Shown: piece by piece, positions 38,620 to 51,238 of the stretch
Position numbering within the stretch: position 1 is the stretch's first letter
Layout of the letters: each line of letters opens with the position of its first letter
Source: Octopus vulgaris
Lineage: Eukaryota
NCBI GenBank assembly: GCA_951406725.2
Contig: OX597815.1
Location: 214,830,001-214,894,000 of the forward strand
Direction of reading: 5' to 3'
DNA length: 64,000 bases
Notes under the pieces: generated by a model
Told to the model about the DNA's origin: nothing
Database searches by the model: none
Seen by the model: only the letters and a program-made list of their open reading frames with translations
Program-made: the position numbers and the translations under genes

Positions 38620-41600
38620 TCAATACATACTATATAGATAATACACTGACCTCAGTTTCTTGAAGTGAATGCTGAAATACTTCATACACTCCTATCATCT
38701 CACAGACTAGAGACACAAAATACATATACCCACCAAAATAGCAGAAAATGTTATTGCTTCCATAGACCAAAACTTTGCTTTGGGATTACCAGCCTTTTCT
38801 AACAAATCCCTTGGTTCCAACCTTATTTGTACTATTATTTCGTTACAGTCTACAGATGTAATACGTTAACTATGGAATAAAATTGAAGACATTATCTGTT
38901 ATAAATAGAACATATATGTGATATTGCTTGTAAGATGGTTAGTAAATATTTTTTATTAAATGTGTCATATATTAATGAAACATTTATCTAAGAATCCACA
39001 GCTAGATGGAGCAGCTGTTGTATTTTGTTCACTGGGATTGTGGAACTGAGAATTCAAGTCCAGATCTTTTCGTTCTTTGATATAAAACTAACAATGTAAC
39101 ACAACATACAGAGATTTGTTAAAGCTTTACCAACATAGCTGTACTGCAGCAGAGTAATATCATAGATAAATTATGCTTTTGATTTTTTTCCATAGTTAAG
39201 ATTGTTTACAGCTTGACATAATGATTAAAATAATAACTACACTCAAAATGAAACAGGTAGAAAGTGTATAACAAAAAATTTAGTTTTCAGTGATGTTCTT
39301 TCTTAAAGCTGCAGGTACCTCCACTACTACCTTTGTAGGTTTTACAGTCTCAAGAGCCAAATGCTTCTGAAAATGTACATCATCATCATCATCATTTAAG
39401 TCCTCCTTCCATGCTGGCATGGGTTGGATGGTTTGGCAGGAGCTGGCCAGGTAGAAGACTGCACCATTTTTCTGTGTCTGTTTTGGCATGATTTTTATGA
39501 CTGGATGCCCTTCTACACCAACCACCCTGCAGAGTGGACTGGGTTATTTTTAAGTGGCACCAGCACTGACAGGGTCACTAAGAAACTTCACAAAACAAGA
39601 GTTTCAAGAATTTCTAAACAAAATAAATAATTAGGATTTTGAATTTGTTTTCCTAAAACTTTGTTCTGAAACCAGTGTTGAGACCAATATTGTTGGATTT
39701 TGGATAAGTTATAATTGATAAAGCCTATAAACACACTCACCAGTTGTTGCTTGTCTATATTTCACTTTTCTTTCTTTTTTTCCAAAATAGTTGATGTTTG
39801 TTTATGCCCCCCAAAATATTTGTACTGCAATAGTTTATAGCTTTTTCAATGGTTGTACATCTTTTCTTTTAAAAATAATCCAAAAACAAAACACACACAC
39901 ACATACACACATTTTGTACTAGCATATGTAAAAAAAAAAAATTAAAACACCATACAGCTTGTATACTTGCTACTTTGGAGGTTGAACAATTGCAAAAATT
40001 CAGTTGTAAACTAGAAACTAAGCATTTGAAAAAAAATGTATATCCACTGAGAAAGCTACATAGAACTGCTTCAAAAAAAAGAAAGAGAAGTAAAATATAG
40101 ACAAGCAACAACTGTTGGGTTTGTATAAAGGCTTTATCACTTACATCTCTTCCCAAATATAACAAAAAAAATACATATTTTAGGAGCCCCAAGGAATTTC
40201 TAACAATCTGTTTTTTCAAAATAACAGCAGACTTTCCTTAGATGCTGCTAGTTTATTCATAACAGACAGGCTTTAAATTTTTTTTTTCCAATGAGTTTTT
40301 GAATAATAAATGAAAATAAATCAGAATTATTCATGCAAGCAAGAATTTTCTATTTTGCATCTTGAAAAATTAGAAGCTTTTCAGCAAAAAAAAAAGAAAA
40401 AATAGGAAGTGGGTAGGAAAAGATTTTAAAATTTCATTGTTCTGTAATACCATGCATTATGAATGGGTATTTAGGGTTAAAAAAAAAAAACAAAACAACA
40501 TTTACATCTATAATTGTTTAAGCTCACAGATTTGATATTTTCTGAAAGAAGATTTTCATAGGAAGAATTCAAAAGGAAAAGCTTTACATAATATTATTGA
40601 CGAATCTTTTAATTTTTCATATGTTTCTTTCCACATATTATTTCTCTTTCCATGGCTTTTTTTACAGCTTCCTGTTACTTTCCTATACAAATTCGTTGTC
40701 AGTTTAGTTTTAAACCAAACACAATATATTAACATGTTCCATTATTTCCAGATAATAATATTCATTGTTAGACAATCTTCTATAATTTCTTAGTTGGCAC
40801 TTGTAATCCTTAGTCATATCTAATTTTCTGAACGGTGTTATGCAAATAAAGAAAATATTTCTTTTTTTTTTTAGAATAAAGTATTTAAACATGCATTTAA
40901 TTTTTCAAGAAACAAAAACACATTGCAGTCTATGATGAATTTCTTTAACCCTTAAATGGTGAACATCATCAATTGACATTTCAAAAGTGTTACATGGATA
41001 CAGCCGTCACCAGTTGATGTCTGAACATCTACTTCGTCAACTGTGCCTAAGCATAAGCAGCCATTATCGATGGGATTTATTCAGCAAAGAAATTTTTTTT
41101 TTAATTTCCTTCATCAGATGTTGTACATGATGATTATGATTATGATGATGTTCTAGATAACAGAGAAGAATGTGATGCTTCAAATCAGTTTTGGATGGAA
41201 AAAGTGCGCCTATTTTCTCCATTTGTACATTTAGTTGACAACAACAATGCAGAAATTTGAAATGAAGACCCGACAAATAACGTGAGTTCATGGCTGTTTC
41301 CTGCACCAGTTTCACATAGCCCCAGCCCATCCAAAGTACCTTGGATTGCAGAATGACCTGCTGTGCTTACCTTGGATCATAGGGTGACCTGCTGTGCTTG
41401 AGGAGAACTATTGAGTGAAATACATCAACATCAAAATAAAAAATCAAAGGGAAATTGTAGTTGTGATACTTGTGCCGGTGGCACATAAAAAGCATCATCC
41501 GAACATGGCCAAGGCCAGTGCCACTTTGACTGGCTTCTGTGCCGGTGGCATGTAAAAAGCATCAACCAATCGTGGTGGCTGCCAGACTGCCCTGGCATGT

Positions 41601-42144
41601 GTGCCAGTGGCACATAAAAAGCACCCACTACACTCACGGAGTGGTTAGCATTAGGAAGGGCATCCATCTGTAGAAACACTACCAGATCAGACCGGAGCCT
41701 GGTGCAGCCATCTGGCTTCCCAGACCCCGGTCGAACCGTCCAACCCATGCTTGCATGGAAAAGGGACGTTAAACAATGATGATGATGATGATTGCATGCA
41801 AAGGAAAGTGAATATTTTACAATACGTTTTGATAATATAATTAAAAATTTTATAGTGCAAAAGATTAAGAATCAGTTAATTACTCTTTGTACTTATTTAA
41901 AGTGGAAATTAGTAATAAAATTATCCTTAAGAAAGGGAGATACTTTTTGTTTTTTGCCTATTTGGCACACACTTTTATTCGACCCTTTCCTATTGTTTAA
42001 GAGTTAAAGTAAAGAAGTCATTGACCACTTTCTTAATAGTGCATAACTATCCCCTCCTCCAGCATGGCAGTACCATTTTGATGGTCTGTATGTGTGCATA
42101 CAAACACACACATATATACATGCCCACACAAACATACATACATA

Positions 42145-42495
42145 TCTATTATATAAAATCCGTCCTGTGTGTCTTCTAGGATCTCGGGCATCCTCCATTT
42201 GATATGTAGATACCGACGGTATCAGGGCGTGTATAAGGGTTGAAAAAATTACAAAAATCAATTCCAGGTGAGAATGCAATCAATAAAGCTGTGGGAACAT
42301 ACATTTGTAAAATTGTTTTTCTTGGAATAGAAAAAAGTCTATTTTTATTTCTTCTTTTGCTGGTGTCTCAAATTTAGGTTAAATCAGTGTTTCTCAAAGG
42401 GGAGGCCAATGGGACGGTCGGACAAGTTGTTTTGAGAAAATTTGGTTTAAATGTTTGACAACTCAGCACCATCCATTGGACGGGGTGGGGGCGTT
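42145..42495 (+). mobile_element. Possible Helitron-type non-autonomous 5' fragment
   Basis: Begins A|TCTATTATATAAAATCCGTCCTGTGTGTC and is CpG-richer than its flanks; no 3' hairpin or CTAG end was found. Confidence 0.3.
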
Positions 42496-42522
42496 ATATA
42501 TATATATATATGTATGTATATG

Positions 42523-42567
<45 letters not shown>

Positions 42568-43304
42568 TTTATAATTAGGGTACAGCAAAGATTTGCTTCA
42601 CCACATATTGAAGTTTAGAAATAGCAGTCAAAAAATCTTAGCTATTCCTTCTACTTTAAAAGGGGCTCCCAGAAAAACCAAAGTACTTGAAAACAATCCA
42701 TGCAGGCAAAAGGGAAAATAACGAATATCATCAATCTATGCACACAGCATACAGTGAAGAGTAAAACCATTTTCATCTGATTTGGTAGAACATAACTTAA
42801 AGAAGCCTCCCATCTATGTATTCTTTTCTTTTATTCGTTTACATGCTTCAGTCATCTGACTGTGGCCATGTTGAAGCACCACCTTAAAGGGTTTTAGTCA
42901 AAGAAAACAACCTCAGGACTTATTCCTTGTAAGCCTAGTGCCTATTCTATCAGTATCCTTTGCTGAACCACTAAGTTACGGGGAAGTAAACACAACATCA
43001 GTTGTCAAGCCATGTATCTCAAAGCAATATTTCAGGCTCTGTTTATGAATTTTCCCATCAGTATGTGTGTGTGTGTGTGTGTGCATGTGCGTGCATCCAT
43101 ACATGCATGTGTGTGTATTAATGAGGAAAAGTGTAATATTATCTGCCCTACTGGTCACATAAGCTTTGCTTTCCAGAGAAGTCAGGAGATTGATGAGGGA
43201 GTAGAACAGCAGTGAAATAGAGTGATTGAATGATGAGTGAATGCACAGCAGAGAGTTACCGACCAGGCCCAACCAGCATGAAGTTATAAAACAGTGAGAA
43301 ATAT

Positions 43305-43640
43305 AATAACACTACTCATTACTGGACTGGTGTGTATAACATAGTTACATACTGGACCATGTTATGTGTGTATAGGTCATGTCACTGTGACATAGCTGTA
43401 TACCAGAGTGGTGAATGTGTGTGGAGTGGCATTCATATCAGTGTTACATGGTCATGTACTGGGCTGTAGGGGGCAATGGTCATATCATTGTAACAGTTAT
43501 ATATTAGACTGCTATATGTGTATGATAGGGTCATGTCATTGTGACATAATTAAATACAAGACTGCTAATTGTTGATCATGTTGTCAGTGTAATCTGGTTT
43601 ATTTATAAATCAGACTGGTGTGGGAGTCATTACAAGACAA
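43305..43640 (+). repeat. Degenerate 45-bp minisatellite (GGTCATRTCAKTGTAACATAGTTATATACTRGACTG..)
   Basis: About 7 diverged units; further patches at 48690-48840, 49900-49960, 50182-50345 and 50645-50672. Confidence 0.65.
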
Positions 43641-45610
43641 ATTTATAATTACATATGTATATATTCAGCAATATTGAAAGCTTATTTTTTAAACTAGAAA
43701 AGGGCCCTTCCTGAAATATATTGTGAGAATTTATGATCTCTTTACATGACATACAAATTTATTTATATCTGCAAATTTTACTAATGCTTTTCCTGTTCAA
43801 AACATTTTCACAAGTTTGTCTCCTAAATGTCCATGCTTGTCTTCAGACTTATAATTAGCTTTTGTTTCACATGTTTTGAATAATATAAAGCTTTCTTTTC
43901 CTAGGTCTCAGGTTACACTGATAGTTGAAACAAAAACTTGGGAATGTGTATCATATATGATGTATAAACACCAGAGAAACATATTCTGTGCACAAAGCAG
44001 GCAAAGGCTTAAACTAATTTTTGCTGAGGTAGATCACCTGTGTTTTTCTCAGGTTCCAGGTTCCCAATTGTTATAAATCCATAATTATGAATTCTGACAA
44101 CTATTAGTTTGAAAAGGTTCAAACAACAACAAAAAATTGTGTAGGTGTGACATGAATTTTTTTCTTTTTTTTTATAAATAGAGTGTTAGAAAAAAAAAGA
44201 AGTGGTTTTGAAACGTGATATAATTTTGGCATTCACTTTTTGTGTGAACTGATTAAATGTGCTGTTTACTAACCTCATGTTCCCATGAGATTTTTTGGAT
44301 CAGTCTATATAAATCAAAAGCAGGTGTCAGTTTGCTTTCCTATTGTTTTATGTTATACTCCAACATATTGTTTTAGTTTTATTTTATTGTATTTCATTAA
44401 ACCATTTCTCTGTTAAATGAGCAACAGAGAGAAGAGTTGCCAGAGTTGATATAATAAATGGTAATTTAGAAACAGACATGTTTATACTGGGAAATTTAAG
44501 GATTCCTGGCTTTCCCTGTTGGAAAGATTTTCTTTCATTTTTTTTTTTTTTTACTTGTTTCAATCATTAAACTGTGAACATACTGGGACGGCACCTGGAA
44601 GGCTTTTAGCTGAACAAACCAACCCCAGTACTTCTTCCATCAGTCTCTTTTACTGAACCACTGAGCTACATTGGTTGCTAAGCGGTGATGAGGGGGTAAA
44701 CACAAACACACACACACACACACACACAAACACACACAAACACACACACACAGAGAGGCTTCTTTCACTTTCCATCTACCAAATCAACTCACAAGGCTTT
44801 GGTTGGCTGATTGGCCTGGGGCTATAGTACAAGATGCTTGCCCTTGGTGCTGTACAGTGGAACTGAACCCAAGACTGCATGGTTGGGAAGTAAGTTTCTT
44901 AACTACAGGAATGTTTATTAAGTAGTAATGTTTATTTTAAACTTTTAAACATTGGTAACTGAAAGGAATAACAACAGGTTCAAAGAAATGCAGCTCTCAG
45001 AAAAGAAAAAAATCACACAGGTAAGTCAAAGTGCTAAATGTTCAATCTAGAGCTGGGCTTGGTAAACTATTCTTAAAGGTGAGCTAGATTAAAAATATTT
45101 TTGTGTCTTTCTGGCTTAAGCAAACAAAAATATAAGACCATGATCACTCAAGGTTATAGGGACAGTTTTTATTTTGTTTTTAAACAGGTGCAGGCATGGT
45201 TGTGTGGTTAGAAGCTTGCTTTCCAACCACATGGTTCCAGGTTCAGCCTTACTGTGTGGCACATTTGGCAAGTGTCTTCTACTATAGCTTTGGGCTGACC
45301 AAAGCCTTGTGAGTGGATTTGGTAGGAGAAAACTGAAAGAAGCCTGTTGAATGTGTGTGTGTGTGTGCATGTTCCCCCCCCCCCATCACTTGACGACCAG
45401 TGTTGGTGTATTTATCGCCCTGTAACTTAGTGGTTCAGCAAAAAGACACTGAAGGAGTAAGTACCAGTCTTAACAAAAAAGTAAGTCTGGGGTTGATTCA
45501 TTCAACTAAAAAAATTCTTCTAGGTGGTGCCCCAGCATGGGTGGATTATAATGACTGAAGCTAGTAAAAGATAAATACCTGTTGTAATGCAGGTATCATT
45601 ACACATTTAA

Positions 45611-46094
45611 CCCTTTATTGTTCAGATTTCTCTGTCAAATGTAATGCTTATTTATTCACATTGATATGAACTAGTCATGCATTACGTTGTAGCTTTGAGA
45701 GATTTCAATGATGTGATTGTTTGTTTAGAATAATAATGTAGGGTAAGCGTGAGAGGTTGGATCTGGCCAGTTGGAAAATAAAACATTGTAGCCATATATA
45801 AATAAAAATAAATGTGCCCTTTTAAAGCCTAGCCAGGCTCATGGGCCCAGTTTCCCAGTTTCTATGACGTATGTGTTCCCCAGCTGGATGAGACGCCAGT
45901 CCATCGCAGCGTTACTCATTTTTGCCAGCTGAGTGGACTGAAGCAACGTGAAATGAAGTGTTTTGCTCAAGAACACGATGCGTCACCCAGTCCAGGAATT
46001 GAAACCACAATATTACGATCATGATGCTGACACCCTAACCACTAAGCCACATGCCTCCACATAGCCATATATGGCTGGTTTAAATGCTAAAGGG
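45611..46094. mobile_element. TTAA MITE containing a nested family-C SINE (about 45800-46061, - strand)
   Basis: TTAA-CCCTTTA..TAAAGGG-TTAA ends; SINE TSD TAGCCATATAT at 45789-45799 and 46062-46072. A partial MITE copy lies at 10446-10604. Confidence 0.85.
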
Positions 46095-46139
46095 TTAATG
46101 ACATAAGCATCAGTATGTTCCAAGCATCACACAGCATAC

Positions 46140-46385
46140 TCTATCTATCCATCCACTCACTTGAAGTCAACTCTCGGTTACTTGATGGATCAGTGTTCTC
46201 CAGCCAGTTCTATCCTGGGTGGCTTCTTTCAGATTGGCTATGGCCATTCCCGTGTCACTCTTGATGGTGTCAAGCCAGCGGGTTCTTGGTCGGCCTCTTC
46301 CTCTCTTGCCACTGACCATTCCGAGCATGATGTCCTTCTCCAGGGATTATCTCTGTGTAATATGACCAAAATATGTCAATCTATG
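46140..46385 (-). mobile_element. RTE/BovB-type LINE 3' fragment with TSD
   Basis: Translates to RLTYFGHI..SLEKDIMLGMVSGKRGRGRPRTRWLDTIK..ATQDRTGWRTLIHQV. TSD CACACAGCATAC at 46128-46139 and 46386-46397. Confidence 0.9.
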
Positions 46386-46744
46386 CACACAGCATACAGT
46401 GAAGAGTAAAACCATTTTCATTTGGGCTGAATGGGGAGTGATGAGGTGGTGAACTCATTGGGACTTCACAATAAAAACAGTAACTGCCAGTTTATATGCT
46501 TTGTTTTTTTTTTTTATTCAACAGACAAGTAAACATTTTTTTATCACTTCTTTCTTTCTTGGAGTCAATCAGTCATGGAAACAATATTGTGAGTGTGTGC
46601 GACACAGTTAGTCCTGAAGCTCCATTTATTTAGAGGAGTAAAGAAAAAATATTTACTGCTTAAAAATATTACACATTGCATAAATTTTGGTTTTTACCAA
46701 GTGAGGAAATACCATTTACTCTTTTACATAAATATATACATATT

Positions 46745-46956
46745 TACATGGAGTTAAATATATGTCCGGTCATAGAGTGACCAATGGTTTTGCACCCATA
46801 AAGTGCTTTGCTTTATAGAGGGCTTGTCTGACTTTAATGGCAGAAGGCATATGTCTTCTGTCATTTGAGTCTGACAAGTTGTCTACAAAGCTGAATACTT
46901 TATGGGTGCAAAAACATTGGTCACTCTATGATCAGACATATATCTAACTACATGTA
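46745..46956. repeat. Foldback palindrome with a decayed hammerhead motif in both arms
   Basis: About 105-bp arms centred on CATATG (46848-46853). The arm consensus is GAGT-CTGACAA-G..ATAAAG-loop-CTTTATGGGTGC-AAAACC-ATT-GGTC-ACTC. Confidence 0.85.
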
Positions 46957-47191
46957 TAATGTATTTACGTTACTGGTCTATCTTTTAGAGTGTGCTTTTT
47001 GTTGGATATATGTGGGTGTGTGTGTATATATATGAGGGAATGAACAAATAGAAAAAGTGACACTCAATACATTTGGAAAGTGTTACATATAAGTTTTAAT
47101 AACAGTTCAATTCTTCTTCCAATATCTGATAAGATGGGTTTATTCTATATGTTCATGAAACTTTTTGTCATATGGAGCTGAATCAAACTGT

Positions 47192-47224
<33 letters not shown>

Positions 47225-47439
47225 ATATATATACATATATATATACATATACATACATATATATATATATTAAATTCAAATTACAATGAACATAAACAAA
47301 CAAACGAAGTTTGCTTTAGAAGCGTTGAGATGTCTTAGAAAGTTAAAGAAGTGATTTTAAATTCTCAATCGCAGGATAATGCTAATAATATAGCTGAACA
47401 GGATTAGATGTCCCTATTTTGTAGAAAAAAGTGTTGGCA

Positions 47440-47505
47440 GCCAGCTATGAAACACTTCTGTGATTACGCATCGCGGTGCTCTGAACCATTAAGCTAAACC
47501 ACCCA
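47440..47505 (-). other. tRNA-like fragment (pseudo-tRNA or SINE head)
   Basis: GGTGGTTTAGCTTAATGGTTCAGAGCACCGCG has an A box and D-arm, but no convincing T arm or B box. Confidence 0.35.
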
Positions 47506-47760
47506 CACCACAAATTCTTCCGCAAATTTAAAATATATAGAAATCTCGCTTTATGAGACGCTATCATACGTTAGATTCAAATTGTGATGAATGTAAACAT
47601 TTTATCTGAAAGCACTTCAGTGAGGCTTTGAGTGAATCTTTGAAGCATTTTTTTCTGTTCACTTTATGTGCACATACCTTCTGCCAATTCACTGTAAAAC
47701 TTTATTTTGGGTCATCATGTGTTATGTATGTATGTGTGTGTGTATATATGTGTGTGTGTG

Positions 47761-48600
47761 CAGGGTGTGATGGGTTAATTGTTACAATTTTATATTTTTA
47801 GTTTCAGGCATACGCATTGTTTGTTTTTGATTTTGTCGATTACACAGTATAGAAGGGTCAGTTGGGCACCGTCTGTGAGAAAAATGGCACCATGACACAT
47901 TTCACTCTGCCAGAAATTTGGAAACAACATGCTATACTGCTTGGCATTTGTGCTGGAAGCTCCAGTATGAACATTTACCAAGAATGTTAAAAATCAAGCA
48001 TCCAATCAACATTGTGATGTTTAGAGTGATCACTAGTGATGGAAGCGTTATGCCTCCATTCATCTTCCCACATGGCCTCAAACTCAACATGGAGGCCTAC
48101 ATCAAGTGCCTGGAGGAGGTAGTGCTGCCCTGAGTCTAGAGGATGGCTGCTGGAAGACCCTGTGTTGAGCAACAGGACTCTGCACCATGCCACACAAGCA
48201 GGAGAACCCAGTCATGGCTGTCAGACAATTGCTGCAACCACATCACCCCTAACATCTGGCCACCTAACTTCCCAGACTGCAACCCCTTTGGTTATTATGT
48301 GTGGGGTGCAGTTGAGCAAGAGATCAACAAAACTCCTTGTAACACCAAAGGTGACTGAAGGCAAGGATTATGGCAGCATTCACCAACTTAAACAAGGAGA
48401 CCGTCCAGAAGAGTTGCAGGAGATTCTGAAGTTGTCTAGAGGCCGTGGTTGAAGCCAATGGTGATTTTATTGAATGAATTTACTCTTTAGTATTTCAAGA
48501 TATTTTTATGTAATTTTGGCAAATATATCTGTTAAAATGAGATGTCAGTGTTATTTTCAATTTTGTGTAATCTAGATGACAGTTTATTCACCGCACCCTG
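47761..48600 (+). mobile_element. Second copy of the deleted DD37D/maT-like Tc1/mariner element
   Basis: TIRs CAGGGTG..; TA at 48601; same transposase remnant as 21590-22460, in inverted orientation. Confidence 0.9.
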
Positions 48601-49146
48601 TATATATATGTGTGTGTAACATTGATTCATTTAAAGCCACTGCAAAAATTTTATTTTTGCTCTATCTTTTATACAAAATTCCATTGTGTATGGGTCATTG
48701 TTACTGTGATATAATCATATTCTAGGTTCATGTTGGTGTAACATAGTTATATATTCAACTATGTGTGAGTCATATCATTGTAACACAGTAACTTATTTGA
48801 CTGATATTATGTGAGAAGTTACATTGTGATACAATGATATGATTTTCTGATTTGCTCCCTCTACGATATGCTTTCTAGTCCTACAAATTTAAAGTGCTGG
48901 AAAATAGAGGCAATTAGTCTGTGCAAAAGTGGAAAGGCTGGCATGTTGAGATATCATCATCATCACCATCATCATCATCGTTTAACATCCGTTTTCCATG
49001 CAAGCATGGGTTGGACGGTTCAACCGGGGTCTGGGAAGCCAGGAGGCTGCACCAGGCACCAGTCTGATCTGGCAGTGTTTCTACAGCTGAATGCCCTTCC
49101 TAATGCCAACCACTTCGTGAGTGTAGTGGGTGCTTTTTACGTGTAC

Positions 49147-49660
49147 AATTGCCCACTAGGTCTGGAGTACAGATACAGATGGTGGTATAACCAAGTAGAG
49201 TATTGGCTGGTGCTGTAACAGAGAGGTAAAGCAAATTAACAATGGTGAAGGACCACAGATAGTGAAGCATGGGAAGATAAAGTTTTGCAAGGAAGGTGAA
49301 TGCTGCAAGCTAGCCACTGTAAAGGAATGAGAAGGTCTGTGTTGATCTTGATGGTAAAAATCACTTCCTACTTTTTACCGTCAAAAAATGCAACCTTGTC
49401 ATATGGTGCAAAGATGGTAGAGCTGGCAATTTCCTCAGGAAAGACAGAAAATGAAGGCATTAGTTGAACTCTGTGAAAACTATTGGTGGGAAATAATATG
49501 CCTTCCTGTAGAGATAGATGTTAGAGAATTTGTCAAAACCAGGGTTCACTTTATACTCATGAGTGTTGGACTAGCTATGAAGGAGACAAAAGATGTTTCT
49601 AGAAAATTGTTGGAAGCCACTGAGAAAACAAGTTATTACATTTGACTATAGAAGGACAAG
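49147..49660 (+). mobile_element. Degenerate REL-endonuclease non-LTR fragment (HERO-like)
   Basis: Remnants CPLGLEYRYRWWYNQV, KIKFCKEGE, VDLDGK and LVELCENYWWEIICLPVEIDVREFV..LLEATEKTSYYI resemble the HERO-type RYxWRHNQV..PVEVGxRGFV..AAExxSxWIW C-terminus. Confidence 0.55.
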
Positions 49661-49962
49661 TGGTTGAGTAAGAACAAGTATTGAGAATGGTGGTCACATT
49701 TGGCCCAGAGTCACTCAACAAAGCTCATTCTGTTGTGGGACTTTTATCACCTACATCAGTGGGTGACCCCAGGCAGCTCTGGTACTACAGTGGAAGGGTC
49801 TTGCTTTACTACCTGATGAGATATTGACTCCTGTATTCAGAGACAGAGTACAGCAGTACCTTCAGCACACGTGTTTACCCTAAATACCAGGCACTTGTGT
49901 GAGTCATGTTGGTGTAATATATAATATATTGAATTGGTGGGTTAGTGTAATGTTGTTATCTA

Positions 49963-50179
49963 TGAAGGTGTGCTGAAAATTTCCTGACTTTAAGGGTATC
50001 ATGAAAAGCCTGATCAGAGGCCCAATTTTCCAAGTTCTTTTACAGGGCTTAGTAAAACTGAAGGACTGCTGCAGTAAGTGTGTGAATCCAAGAGGGGAAT
50101 ATGTTCAATAAAATCATAATTAACTGATCCCCCTGTATTGTCTTTTACCTAAAGCCAGGAACTTTTCAGCACACCCTCA
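49963..50179 (+). mobile_element. Mariner-derived MITE
   Basis: About 28-bp TIRs TGARGGTGTGCTGAAAAKTTCCTGRCTT, TA on both sides, and C-terminal remnant KCVNPRGEYVQ*. Confidence 0.85.
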
Positions 50180-50674
50180 TACTAGACTGTTGTGGATCAT
50201 GTCAGTATAATTTAATTATACATCTAAGGAGTTTATGACTCCTGTTACCGTGAGTTAATTGTAGAGCTAATTGTTGGATATGAATCATCTCGGTGTAACA
50301 CAGTTATATACTAAACTGGTTTGTGGGTCACATCAGTATAAGTTACCATCTATGTCAGTACATAAGACAACTGGGTCTGTAACACAACCCCAAATATTGA
50401 AAACACAAAAGATTAGAGTCCCAAAAGTTTCAAATCTCTCTAAAATAAACTCCATATGCCATAAAATATATTTTCAAGATATCAGTATTTGGGATAATAA
50501 CCCAAATCCATCAATCTAATCTAGTTACATACCAGGCAGCTGATGGGGGTAATATTAATTGTAGCCTAATTATTTACTGGATTGGTGTGACCTAGCAGTT
50601 TGTCATAAAAAGATGACATAGCCCTATAAAAATCTGCTATATGAAGTGGTATCAGTGTAACCTTATTTTATATA

Positions 50675-51238
50675 TTGGGTTGTCCAGAAAGTTCGTGCCG
50701 ATTTATAGTAGCTTACCTTTTGACTTATTTTAGAACATGGTTGTTTCCATAAAACAGGATTTGACTACACCTCCATTTAGAGAACAGTTTAAGCTATCTT
50801 TTCATGAAAGGAGGTTTATGTTCCTATAACCTGTGTTAATTCTGTATCCCTTTAAAATGGAAGATAAGAAAGTTCATTTTCGGCAATTGATGCTTCAAGA
50901 ACCAGACAAAAATTGCTGAAGTTCGGCTGGGATGTTACCCCACCCTCCATATTCGCCAGATATTGCTCCTTTGGATTTCCACTTATTCAGGTCTCTGCAG
51001 AATAGTCTTAATGGTAAAAATTTCAATTCCTTGGATGATGTAAAAAGATACCTTGATGAATTCTTTGCCATGAAACCACCTCAATTCTGGGAAGAGGGTA
51101 TTTTCAAGTTAAAGGAAAGATGGAGATGTATTGTACAACAAAATGGTGCATATTTGGTTCATCAAAAATGTAATGGTAAGTATTTATTGACCTTTTCCTT
51201 TCCTTTAAAAATCAGCACGACCTTTCCGGACAACCCAA
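50675..51238 (+). mobile_element. Internally deleted mariner element (DD34D type)
   Basis: TIRs TTGGGTTGTCCRGAAAG.TCGTGC.GATTT with TA TSD. The N-terminus MEDKKVHFRQLML is joined directly to the C-terminus PHPPYSPDIAPLDFHLFRSLQN..ERWRCIVQQNGAY. Confidence 0.92.

Noticed and set aside
22461-47760. Inversion of the NELL exons between the inverted Tc1/mariner copies
   Set aside because: No flanking NELL exons were found on either strand outside the interval, so orientation cannot be tested from this window.
49790-49830. CTGATGAG downstream of the HERO-like fragment as a hammerhead
   Set aside because: No matching stem II or GAAA could be found.
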